Shown: one piece after another, positions 42,700 through 53,810 of the stretch
Position numbering within the stretch: position 1 is the stretch's first letter
Layout of the letters: every line of letters starts with the position of its first letter
NCBI RefSeq assembly: GCF_009914755.1
Contig: NC_060932.1
Strand: one strand, 5' to 3'
Origin: the human T2T-CHM13v2.0 reference genome, Homo sapiens
Length of the DNA stretch: 64,000 nucleotides
Notes under the pieces: generated by a model
Told to the model about the DNA's origin: nothing
Seen by the model: the letters and a program-made list of their open reading frames with translations, nothing else
The model's database searches: none
Translations under genes and position numbers: made by a program

Positions 42700-43850
42700 C
42701 CAAGAGTGACCACTAGGTACTTGTTAACTCTGAGGAAAGCAATTTATTTTTCCATTCCATGGGACTTGATCTGGGCTTAGAGGTTTTACACTCAGCATCT
42801 ATCCTTGCTCCCACATGGCTTTCTGAATGGTGGAGGCTGGGAAGCCCACTGGGATTCTGGATGAGAATCCATTTCCACCAATCAGATACCCTAGTGTGAT
42901 ATTTGGAACACTGGTTATTTTCTATTGCTAAGCAAGATAGAGGAGATGTTGGCTTTTTCTGCAGCAGTGCTCTGGTATCCGTGAGGGTCATGGGAAGGTT
43001 GTAGGGACATTTGCAGTAGTTTGGTACAGATTGCCCTGACTGCAGCAGCATCCAATGCCCACTCCGTAGCTTTGTGGGGCCAAGAAGTTGTGGTGGTGAT
43101 AGTGTAGTTGGTAGATGCTTCTTGATTCCACACCTCCTCCTTTATGGCAGAGGGAGCAGCTCCTTTGGTGGGCCAGTTTGGCAGTGTTCCTGGAGTTACT
43201 TCTGGATTCTCATCCTAGAGCCCAAACTTCCAGCTTTCCAATGATATTCCAGGCAGGATTTCCCTATGTTGAATTCTTTTTTTTTCCTGAAAATTGCTAG
43301 AGTGGTTTTGTTTCCTCCAGTTGAACACTGCCAGATATGATTCCTGTGCTCTAAGTTTGTTGAGGTTCTCTTGGTCATGTGGTCAGGCTGAGTGATTGCA
43401 GACCCTGGTACCTGCCTTCCTTTTTTGAGGCTCGCTTTCTGGGATGAAGGTCTTGACTCAAGCCTGTCCTATGGCCATGTGTGGGTATTCTGATTGGCAT
43501 TTGCTTGCCTGGCTGACCCCCAGATTTTCTCTCTGTTTGAGTACCCCTGCAGGACTCTACCTGTCTGGATGGACTGCCCAGTGCAAGCTGTCGCTTGAGG
43601 CATCATGAACTTGCTGTAGTCTTTGAATCCTATGCTTAGATTGAATAAGACTACCTCTTTCAATGGCCACTCAGTTCTTCCAGCCCCCAACTCAGTCTTG
43701 ACCTGGATACGCTCCCACGGTCCATTCTCTGTGGCCATGAATGATCCGTGACAGCATATACACCACATCTGATCACAGATCTTTCATTAGATCAGCTCTC
43801 TAATGCTCTTTCTTTAACCAGAAGAATTTAGGGTTAGCCAGCAATTTGAT
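42700..43850. mobile_element. Probable ancient eutherian LTR (LTR78-like, tentative)
   Basis: GC-richer 1.1-kb island; 'cctggctgacccccagattttctctctgtttg...tctggatggactgcccagtgcaagctg' recalls old LTR consensus sequences; its ORFs resemble no protein I recognise. Confidence 0.35.
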
Positions 43851-44213
43851 GATATCTCTAGGTATTTATTTATTTTTTTTAAGATCACATACAAAAATAG
43901 TAACTCTTACAGATTACCTACAAAAATAGCAAAAGCTTTGTTTAGGTGTTTCCAATTAGAGAGGGTTAAATCTGCCTCTGGGTTAGTTCTTCATTGTGAA
44001 GAAGAAGTTGAAGGATGGCATAGTATTTTTCTGTTGGAGTCACTGTGTATTTTTATTTGTATCATGATTGATAAAAGATGAGTGTTTCCCATCTTCAAAT
44101 GTGAATAGTTTTTATATTGGTTGAATTAATTACAACAGTATCATTTAAATTACAGTTAGGTTAAATAGTGCTATACTAATTTTCTGATAATCAGTGAGTA
44201 AATATGTATTTAA

Positions 44214-44384
<171 letters not shown>

Positions 44385-44533
44385 TAGTCTCAATTTTAAG
44401 GTTATATAAAATCATTTTAATTAACTAGAATTCATTTCTTCTTATAAATATTTCATTTTACAATGACAAGATATAAAACAAATATAAATCTGAAATAAGA
44501 CCTTCACCCTGATCCTGGTAAAAATTTATTATC

Positions 44534-45057
44534 TGGGAGACTGAATATCTAAATGGAAAATGACCTGACTATACATAAAAATAGAATTCTAACCTACAAC
44601 CTGGATAGGAAACCAAGCCTTTATCTACAAAAGCAGCCCAGGAAGCCAACCTGTTATAAGTCAGACTTATAGGAAGTCAGGTTGCTATCTGTAGTAACAA
44701 CCCAGTATACCAAACCATAGCCCCTGTAACAATTGGCCCCAAATGACAAGGACTTAATTAGTAACTTCCTAATTTTTGCCTCTACTTCCAACATAAAACC
44801 AATAAGAAAAAGCCAACTGCACTCTCCTAAACATGTAATGCCCCACTTCTAGTTAGCAGGTCTACAGCTTCCCCCTGTCAACAGCCTCTAATTAGGGCTT
44901 ATCTGATGGCTTCCTCTTTTTCTACTGTAAAGCTTTCCCACTCCCCTACCTGCTTTTGAGTCCTTGCAAACTGTGGGAACTGACTCTTACTAAAGCAAGC
45001 TCTAAATAAATAGCTTTCACCTATTCTCATTTGGTTGGCCTTCATTTATTTCCACTT
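44534..45057 (+). mobile_element. MER39-like ERV1 solo LTR
   Basis: 'cagcccaggaagccaacctgttataagtcagacttataggaagtcag', end 'aataaatagctt...ttggttggccttcatttatttccac'. Confidence 0.75.
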
Positions 45058-45454
45058 ATCTGTAATGTCTTCAGAGAATCTTTTCTTTTAAAGATGTTCA
45101 TATTTTTCTAGTTGCCTATAATGCACTGGTATTTTCAAAGTCCTGAGTAAGAAATTTAAAATTTCTCAATCTCTCAACTTTCCTGTTATTAAAAATCTGT
45201 GTCTTCTGATTTGAGCTATTAATTAGGGCTGAATTTGAAAATTTGGTTTATAAATTAAAATTTACCATTTTCTATCATAATAAAATAGTTTTCTTCAATT
45301 TCAAGTTGCATTATAATTAAAATTTTAACAATCTTTGCCATAAAATTGAACTCATTTCTCCTACTCAATTCTTCTACTCAATTCTATCTTTGTGGAAGTA
45401 TTTAAAAATTTAACCTATTCACATTATAGGTTAAGTTAAAAAATTTAACATTTA

Positions 45455-46237
45455 CATTATTTACCTATTTAAATTATACATATTTAAGGCATACAACATG
45501 ATGTTTTGATATACATAAACAGTCAAATGATTACTGCAGTCAAGCAAATGAACATATCCATCATCTCACATGGTTATCTTATTTGTGAGTGTGTGTTTTT
45601 TGGGGGGTAAAATTACACCAAGACTCTCTCAGCAAATTTCCAGTACACAATACAATAGTATTAACTATAGTTAGTACTCATGCTGTTCTAGACTTATTTA
45701 TCCTACATAACTGCAACTTTGCACCCTTTGACTTCCATCTCTCCAACTCCCCAGCTGCCGATAACCACCATTCTTCTTTGTTTCTATGCATTCAACTTTT
45801 TAAAAATTCCCCATATAAGTGAGATTATGTAGTATTTTTCTTTTTCTTTCTGTGAGTGGCTTATTTCACTTAGCAAAATGTTCTTCAGGCTCATTCAAGC
45901 TGTGGCAAATGGCAGGATCTCCTTTCTTAAGGCTGAATAATATTCCATTGTGTGTGTGTGTGTGTCTGTGTGTCTATATCTGTGTACATATCTATATATA
46001 TCACAATTTTCTTATTTATCTGTGGACAGATACTTAGGCTGTTTCCATATCTTGGCTGTTATGAATAATGCTGCAATGAACATGGGAGTGCAGATATTTT
46101 GATGAGGTGGTGATTTTATTTCATTTGAGTATATACCAGAAGAGGGATTGCTGGGTCAGGTGGCATTTTTAGAAACCTCCATATTGTTTTTCATAATGGC
46201 TACACCCATCTACATTCCCACCAACAGTGTGCAAGGG
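45455..46237 (-). mobile_element. L1MA9-like 3' end
   Basis: 'ttaaggcatacaacatgatgttttgatatacata...gtcaagcaaatgaacatatccatcatctcacat', through 'tacattcccaccaacagtgtgcaaggg'. Confidence 0.9.
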
Positions 46238-46509
46238 ACTGAATCAATTTGAATGTTAACTAGAAACATTTATGAATTTATTTTTGTGTGTGTGCTTATG
46301 TTTCCCTTTGAGAAATGCAAATAATTAAGAAAGTGTCCAGAAACTGTAGTGCATCATTTTCCCTTAAGTATTTCATAACCTTCCTTTGATATGCCAACAT
46401 GTCCTCATTATCATCGTCATCTCATTATACCTTTATTATGTTTTATTCTCTTTCCTCCCACATTACCAAAGTTTCTCGAAGTACAGTCCTCAGCTAGTTT
46501 GTATTACCC

Positions 46510-46685
46510 AAGAAACTTTTAAAAATACAGATTCGGATTTACTGAAGTAGACTTTTGGAGTGGGGTCCAGGAATTTTCACTTACAACATGCTCCTCAGAT
46601 GATTTCTAAATCAATCAATCATCTATCTAATCCTATTCATCCTGTCTGTTTTTCTGTCTATAGACTCAAATTTAGGAACCACTGG
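46510..46685. mobile_element. MER5A/B fragment
   Basis: 'ttttaaaaatacagattc', 'ggagtggggtccaggaat', 'aaatttaggaaccactgg'. Confidence 0.7.
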
Positions 46686-46734
46686 TCTACTATATTCCAG
46701 GAACCTGACAGGCATTATAATTTTAATCCTTGAA

Positions 46735-46855
46735 ATGGACATAACTATAACATTGGAATTATAATTTAAGGGGATGGTGGCTCAAAGACAGTAAGTGGCT
46801 TGTTCAAGGTCATACAACTAGTAAATTATAGACCTGAGAGTAGAAGCCAGATTGT
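46735..46855 (-). mobile_element. MIR fragment
   Basis: 'taagtggcttgttcaaggtcatacaactagtaaat'. Confidence 0.65.
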
Positions 46856-47224
46856 CAATAGAGAAATAATCTTATTTGGTAAAGAAAAAAATCTTGAGCT
46901 TTTCTATAGCGATTGATCTTAATGCTTTATGGAATCAGTTATTCAACTCAGCTGCAAGAGTCTCTCTGGTGTGGATGTAGGCTAAATTGTGAGATACGTA
47001 TTTGGTAATGTAACTTAACCATCATCCCATTTATGAGATAAGCAATATCTCACTAGGAGCCTTGAGAAAAGGAATAAGGGATGAGTTAATTACACCTGGA
47101 GCTGTAGATGATCAGTTTAGAGCAGCAAGAAGTATAGTTTCAGCAGAGTCCCATCATTGTTGAGATTGGTACTAAAACTATGGGAGAACTAAGTTCATTT
47201 TCTCTTGGTAAAACATCTCTAAGT

Positions 47225-47398
47225 GAAAGTCTTTAAAAGGCTTATAAAAACTTAAAAGGCCCTTGGACATCAAATGACTCTTAACAAATTAATCAGAAAC
47301 ATATGGATTAAATTTCTCATAAAATAATTTTAGGTTTAAAGTTATGTGAAAAAGCTCAGGGCAAAATATCTTTTAGGTTTGTTCGAACCGAACACTAA
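47225..47398. repeat. Ancient conserved repeat, MER121-like (copy A, more diverged, ~25-nt internal deletion)
   Basis: 'gaaagtctttaaaaggcttataaaaacttaaaaggcccttggacatcaaatgactctt...aatcagaaacatatggattaaatttc' aligns by eye to the reverse complement of 52797-53004. Confidence 0.65.
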
Positions 47399-47704
47399 GT
47401 TCTTGGGGAAAGTTGGAAATACTTTAACAATATCAGGATGACACTGAACACTTACGTAGCATCTTCAGGTAACACAAAAACACTGAGTCCCATTCTCCTG
47501 CAGTGGGGTGGGGCCTGGACTCATGTGGAAATGCAAAAAGCAGCTCTGACAGATTCCCATGATGTTGGGTGGTGGGATAGGGTGGCAGGAGGAGTTTGGA
47601 GGATGAGGATATGGTTTTCCACTCTTCCCAGAGATAGCTGGTTAGTGCCATTTTTTCTTCGTAGGCACTGTCCCATTCCCGCCCTGGGAAAGTCTTCCAG
47701 GAGC

Positions 47705-47998
47705 AAGCTAGGTGTGACTGAGAGAGATCTGGCTGGGTGGTCAGAAGACCTGCATTTTAATCCTACCTCTGTCACTTCCCAGCTGGCTGATGTTGGTCAA
47801 GTCACCTCTACCCCAAGACAGAGGAATTGTCTTCCATGATCCACAAAGCTTCCTAAACCTCAGTTTCCCACCCGTTAGATGAGAATGGCATAAACCTTGG
47901 AGTAGTGTTGGGAAGATTTAGGTGAGATGATGATGTAATCCACTTAGCATAGTGCCAGGTACCTTTTAAGTGCTCAGTAAGTGATTAATATTGTTATT
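47705..47998 (+). mobile_element. MIR SINE
   Basis: 'ctggctgggtggtcagaagacctgcattttaatcctacctctgtcact', 'cctcagtttccca', 'cttagcatagtgccagg'. Confidence 0.8.
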
Positions 47999-48274
47999 CT
48001 TTGGCATGATCGTAAGGTTCTGAGATTTCTAAGTAAAAAGGGCTAGTTGCCACCCAGAATGTGTCTGGAGGGAGGAATAGAGGAGGGGTTGGGGGAAGGA
48101 AGGGTTTTCCTTGCATCCAGGTAGGAGGTAGATTTCAGAATTGAATTTGAAACTAAGGATGTCAAATTTTCTTTGGATACAAACAGCTTTGTGGTTCTTT
48201 ATTTAAAAAAGTAAGTACCAGTCATTGATGAATAGATGATGATTCTTCTAAATTTTTGTTTGGAAATAGTCTGG

Positions 48275-48317
<43 letters not shown>
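48275..48317. repeat. (CA)n(TA)n microsatellite
   Basis: cacacacaca followed by about 16 TA units. Confidence 0.95.
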
Positions 48318-48321
<4 letters not shown>

Positions 48322-50041
48322 GCAAACTATTGTCCCAAAGAGTTTTAAAGCTACAAGTGCGAAAAATAAATTTGAAACAGATAATTGAGTCTTGTGAAAA
48401 ACATCCATCTGCTTTCATCGGTTTCTTTCATTCTTTCTGATATAGGCTTCCACACTTGCCACCTACCTGCCTAGAGAGCATGGCCATCTGTAAGGGCAAC
48501 TCAAAGCTCTGTAAATCTGGCTAGATCTTCAGAAGTGGCCCACTTTCCCATTTCTCTCAACTCTTCTCTCTCCTCCAACCCAACCTCACAGTGTACTCAC
48601 AACTTAGGGAGACTGCATACCGGACTACATTTGTCCATTTGTGGAGTGGTCCACCCCCAAAGATGTTTTCTTGACCTAAAACTGTTCTAGTTACTGTTGT
48701 TTTCATAGTGCAAAAGAAGAACTTTAAGATGTATGGATCCAACCATCATATAGTTGAATATATTCTTTGAGAATTCTATAAGTTTTAATTAGATATTTGA
48801 AAAATGTGTAAGCACCTAAGTATGTGTTCTGTTAATTTGTGTTCTTAGCTCCTTTAGATTCATTTTTGTGTTCAAGTTTATATGACCTTGAGCACTATGT
48901 GTCAAATAAAACACATCTGTCATGCCTGAGAAATGAAGTGTGAATCTCTTCTGTTATTGGTTGCATAACCATTTGTTCATTTGTCTGTATACATATTTTA
49001 TTTAATTATAGATTTTAAATGAAAGAGGGCTAGAATGCAATAATTTAATGTTACCATGAAAATTCAATTTATTTTTATTATTTCCAAATTTATAGTTAAC
49101 TGTAGTTTTGCTTGTATTTTACAGTGTTACACATTTTGGGGGTATATCTACAATGGAAAAAGCCATCTACTGCTGAGAACTTCTTGTTAAAACTAGCTTG
49201 CATAAGCTCAGGGCAATGTGTTACATAATAAGACAATTTACAGTCATCATGATAACAGAGGCTGTTTGCTAGAAAGAAAAGATAGCAATATCTGTAAAAC
49301 TGCACCTGCAAGGAGGCTATAATTTCTGTGTGGTTGTCATAAACAATGTGAATCATGGATTATTACCATTTTTAAGGGCTCCATGCATTTCCCATTATTT
49401 ATTATAGCTCCTATAGGACTTACCCCTGCATACTCACATGGATTGAGATAGATATATATTCAGACACACAGATGTGTATATAGTTATATACTTATACACA
49501 TATATTATACATACACACATTATGCTTGTAATTTATGGCAAACAAAATAAATAAGCTCAATGGCTAAAACCTTGCAAAACACCCAAACTTAGACAAAAGG
49601 AGCCTTTACATCTGCCTGTTAACTCAGGACTAAATCCCTGGAAGGACTCTCAAAGCTGCTGCCCAGGTTTTCAAGAAGAAACCTCAATCTCGTCAATGAA
49701 CTGAAGCCAAAGGTCAGAGTTCCCTCCAGTGTATACGCAGTCAGTGGGCCCCATTTGTCATTTTGCTCTGGGTTCTACTGAGCTGCATCTAGTCCCAAGT
49801 GCCCATAGATGTGACTCATTCCAGCAAAACCAAGTGGGGCTCTTTCTTTGCACTTTCCTGTTGTCATCACAAGCTGTTTATAAGCCCCATTCTCTTGGTG
49901 CCAAATGATTCCCTGCTGCAAATGAATCACTTCTGTGAAATACCTACAGTTCAATCGATTAGATATTATTTGATTTCTGTCTTCTATCTCTTTCTTGATA
50001 ACAACCTTGACCATTCTCAGACATTCCTAGTCTCAACACTC

Positions 50042-50520
50042 TCTATTGGTTATCTATTGCCACAATAATGCTGCATAACAAACAACTATGCAACCTCAGT
50101 GCCATAACAAGCATTCATTGCTCATTCTTAAGTTGGCCAGGGTTTCACTAGAGGGCTCTGCTGATTTTAACTGGGCTTTCTCACCTGTTTGGGGACAGCT
50201 GGCTGTCCAGTGACCTAAGATGACCTTAGGTGGGGCAACTTGGCTTGTGCTAGGTGTCTTGTATCTTTTAGCAGGTGAGCCCAGACATGTTCTCATTGTG
50301 TTGTTAGAGGTGGAAGCAGGAGGGCAAGGTGTGAGCAGGAGGGAAAGCTTCATTGTGAAGCACTTTTGAAATCTTTTTGCATCACATTTGCTAACATCTC
50401 ATTGGCCAAAGCAAATAATATGGATGATCCCAGAGTGAGGGTGGAGGGTATTGCCAAATAACATGGCAAAGGGCATGGGTATGGAAAGGGGTAAATAATT
50501 GGGGCCATGATTTTGGTGTA
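50042..50520 (-). mobile_element. MLT1H-like MaLR LTR
   Basis: 'ttggttatctattgccacaataatgctgcataacaaac', 'cattggccaaagcaa', 'catggcaaagggcatggg'. Confidence 0.8.
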
Positions 50521-50694
50521 TAGGAATAGAAAGGTATAATATACCTTTCTTCCTATACAACTGTCCTTCAGGAAAGGATCTAAGCAACATTTCCACTGAG
50601 CTGCAATGATGGTTTTGTGCAAAACCTAATGTGTTGCCACTACCATGTCCATCTACTTTTATACATATGACAATAAGAAAAGAAATGGAGCTCC

Positions 50695-51180
50695 ATGGTG
50701 GGACTGAAGATGATCACGTATTCTTTGTCATTCCCTCCACCATGAGGTGGCATCTAGTTCTCCATCCCATTGCATCTGGGTTGGGTCAGAGGCTCTTTGA
50801 TCAATGGGGCACAGTGGAAATAACACTTTGCCTGCTCCAGGCTCTACCTTTCATAGAACTGGCAGCTTCTATGTTCTCATTTTTGGAATTTGTGCTCTTG
50901 AGATGCATACTCTTGGAACACAGTTGCCGTGGAGAAGCCCAAGCCATGTGGAGAGGCCACATGTGGGCTCTCTGGTCAAAAGCAACCTCAACTACCAACC
51001 ATGTGACATTAATGCTTCCGTTCAATTGGGCCTTCAGATGACTGCAGCCCTGGCTAGCATCACATGGAAGAGAAGACCTGCCCAGCTCAGCCCAGAATTA
51101 TAAGAGATGGTAAAATAGTTGTTTATTTAAGCCACTAATATGTGGGTCAGTTTGCTGTGCAGCCATAGATAATCAAAACA
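50695..51180 (+). mobile_element. MLT1G/H-like MaLR LTR
   Basis: 'attctttgtcattccctccaccatgaggtgg', 'ccttcagatgactgcagccc', end 'ttaagccacta...tgcagccatagataatcaaaaca'. Confidence 0.8.
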
Positions 51181-51919
51181 AGCCCCAAGAGGAACATTCT
51201 AGACACCAGGCCAGGGTGAAGGTGGTATTTTTGATCTTTGGGTTTTTCTAGAGCCTTTGAAAAAGGCAGTGACCTATTTTACTTAAACTTAGGGCAAAAT
51301 GCTTAAATAGTTCCCTGAAAAGGTAAATGCAATTTGTAAATGGTGCTGATGTGCAAGTAGATAATCACAGAAACCATGCAAAGGTCTTAACTGTTGCAGG
51401 TTTTACCTCATTAAGCACCTCAGGCTTTATTCTCTATTCCTGACTCCAGACGGCACTGCAGGGAGCTTTTCAGAGAGCAGAAAGGGGGCAGCTTCTCTCA
51501 TCACTTCCTAAGGCTTACATGTGCCCTTTGTGTACATGCATGTGTGTTGTTATTTTTTAAAATGTTCTTTTTCTGCTGATTTCATTCTTTGGTGACACCT
51601 AGCATGGTTCAGGGTCCTGTGTGCCACACCTCCATTGTTGAATTCTAATCTCTGTTCCTAACGTTAGATTTAATTTTGAAAGAGATTTGCTGTTGTGGCT
51701 GACAAATCACATTGTGTCTGGCATAGGAATTGTCAGGTACTATGAATTCTCCAGACTTGCTCTTCTCCTTGCTTCAGAGGATCGGCTGGTTGGATGCAGA
51801 TGGTACAGCAGACTGTATCATCATTTAGCTGAGACGATTCTCCCAGCTAGCTGCAAAATTCCTACCTTGTCACTCTTAAACAGGGCCTTAAGGGCCACAG
51901 ACTAAAGGCAAATAGCAAG

Positions 51920-52092
51920 CCTGGTGCAGTGCAGATAGTTCTGGGCCCAGGCTTAGGAGACCTGCTGCCAACTAACTGTGTGATGTCTGTGAGTTTCTTT
52001 AGCTTCTCTGGGTCTCAGTTTCCTTATCTGTAGAGCAAGGGCAGAATAGAGATGACAGTCCTATAAGGTCCCTTCCAGCTGTACAATTCTTG
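51920..52092 (+). mobile_element. MIR (MIR3/MIRc-like)
   Basis: 'cttctctgggtctcagtttccttatctgtag...taaggtcccttccagctgtacaattct'. Confidence 0.75.
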
Positions 52093-52796
52093 GGTTTTAT
52101 AGAGTACCTGGAGACATGAACAGTGGCTTTTGGAAACTCCTTTGAGGGTGCTTTCCATGATGTAGGCAGTGTGGGGTGTCATAAGGAACATGTCCCATAG
52201 GAAAATGAGCATGCTTCAGATCCTTACCTCCTGCTCTCCCTGCTTACTTTCCATGTTTCGTTTGAAAATGAGATCCATGGTCTTACAGTACTGCTTTGAT
52301 TCACTGCCAATATTTGCTGAAGTGAACCAAAGGGATGGTTTAGGTTGGAGTACAGTAAAGAAGGCCAAATGACAAAAATAGTCACTTCAACCAATGCACT
52401 GCAAATCCAGTTCTTTTCTTCATGTTGGGGAGGGGTCTTCCAGGATAGCTTCTGAGTGTGGACAGCCAAGACACCCCCTCCCCTTTTCCTACACTTCTCT
52501 GTTTTCTGAGCTGTTGGAAGCAGCCCAAACACCTAGGGTAGCTCTGGCATTGTTAGCACATCCTGGTCTGGACCCATTCCCTCAGGAGGGGGTGGGGAGC
52601 CTAGACTCTGGGGTGCAAGCTGAGGGGAGCATACCAGATGGCAGAATGAAGGTCACATTGGTACTTGTTCCTGTGGCAGAGCTCTGGGGTGATGAATGGT
52701 GCACTCAAATGAAGAGCATTACATTAAAAATTTGGAAAGGTATATTCACATACCGATGGCAAAGCTGGTGACCGTGTGCATGCATCCAACCACTTT

Positions 52797-53004
52797 TTAA
52801 GTGCTATGGGGTCAGCAAAGCGTAAAACTTCTTTTGCCTAGAATTTTTTTCCTTCTAATTTTTAAACCCATGTGCATTTTAATGGAAATTTAATCGTATG
52901 TTTCAGATTTATTTACACTTAACTCATCAAAATGTTGTTTTGCAAGAGGGATTCAAGGTCCAAGAAGCCTTTTGAGTTTTTTATAAGCTTTTTAAGGACT
53001 TTTC
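52797..53004. repeat. Ancient conserved repeat, MER121-like (copy B, opposite orientation to copy A)
   Basis: 'ttctaatttttaaacccatgtgcattttaatggaaatttaatcgtatgtttcagatttatttacacttaactcatcaaaatgttgttttgcaagag...gtccaagaagccttttgag' matches my recollection of the MER121 core. Confidence 0.7.
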
Positions 53005-53639
53005 TTTTTTCTTATAAACAGGAAACCATGTATCACAGAGAGCGAACAAACTTGAACCCTAAGAGGTTCAAATTTGATCTGAAACTCTGAAGTCATGAAC
53101 ACCAGGACTACTCTGTGGTGAAATGGATTTCTCCATGTTTTTTCCTTAGAAATTTATAGGGAAACAGCTGAGGGTTTCAGCAGAATATTGTCTATTTTTC
53201 TAAAATTAGTGAATATCCTGAAATGTACTATACAAATTAGAAATGTTACCGCTCTTTTGTTTTTTTTAAATTACTTGCTTTTGACACATTTTTTTCAGTG
53301 TTTTTCTCTGTGTAAAAGTTGGGTGAAGTGCAAAACCACATCAGAAGCAGAGACTTTTATTTCATGTCAAGTTTCTTAGTAATATTAAAGCTATACCAAA
53401 TAAATAAATAAATAAAAAAGGTTATGTGAAAAAAAGTGCTATTTATAAGAAAAACTGTCTGGTCTAACGTTTCCCAGTTATTTTGTCTGTACTAGCTGTG
53501 TCTGTAGTGTTGAAGTGGAGAGGTGATTGGTTCATTTGTAGATGTCTGTAGCGGTCCCCCCTCAACCCACAGGAATTGTGAAGCAATTCTCCCAAAACAC
53601 CTAATCTAAAAGAAATCACTGTTTTTATAGTCTGAATCA

Positions 53640-53810
53640 GTATTTTTATACTTTATATACTTATACCTTTAGGTGTATTTGCTTTACTTATATATTCTAT
53701 TTATACTTATTGACTTATGTAAGTATATGTACTTATATACTTTTATGCTTGAAATATTTTACTTATATATTCTTTGTTTACTTTATACTTACATACTTTA
53801 TATATTCCTA
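53640..53810. repeat. AT-rich low-complexity tract (TATACT-like)
   Basis: Repeated tatact/tatatt units. Confidence 0.7.
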
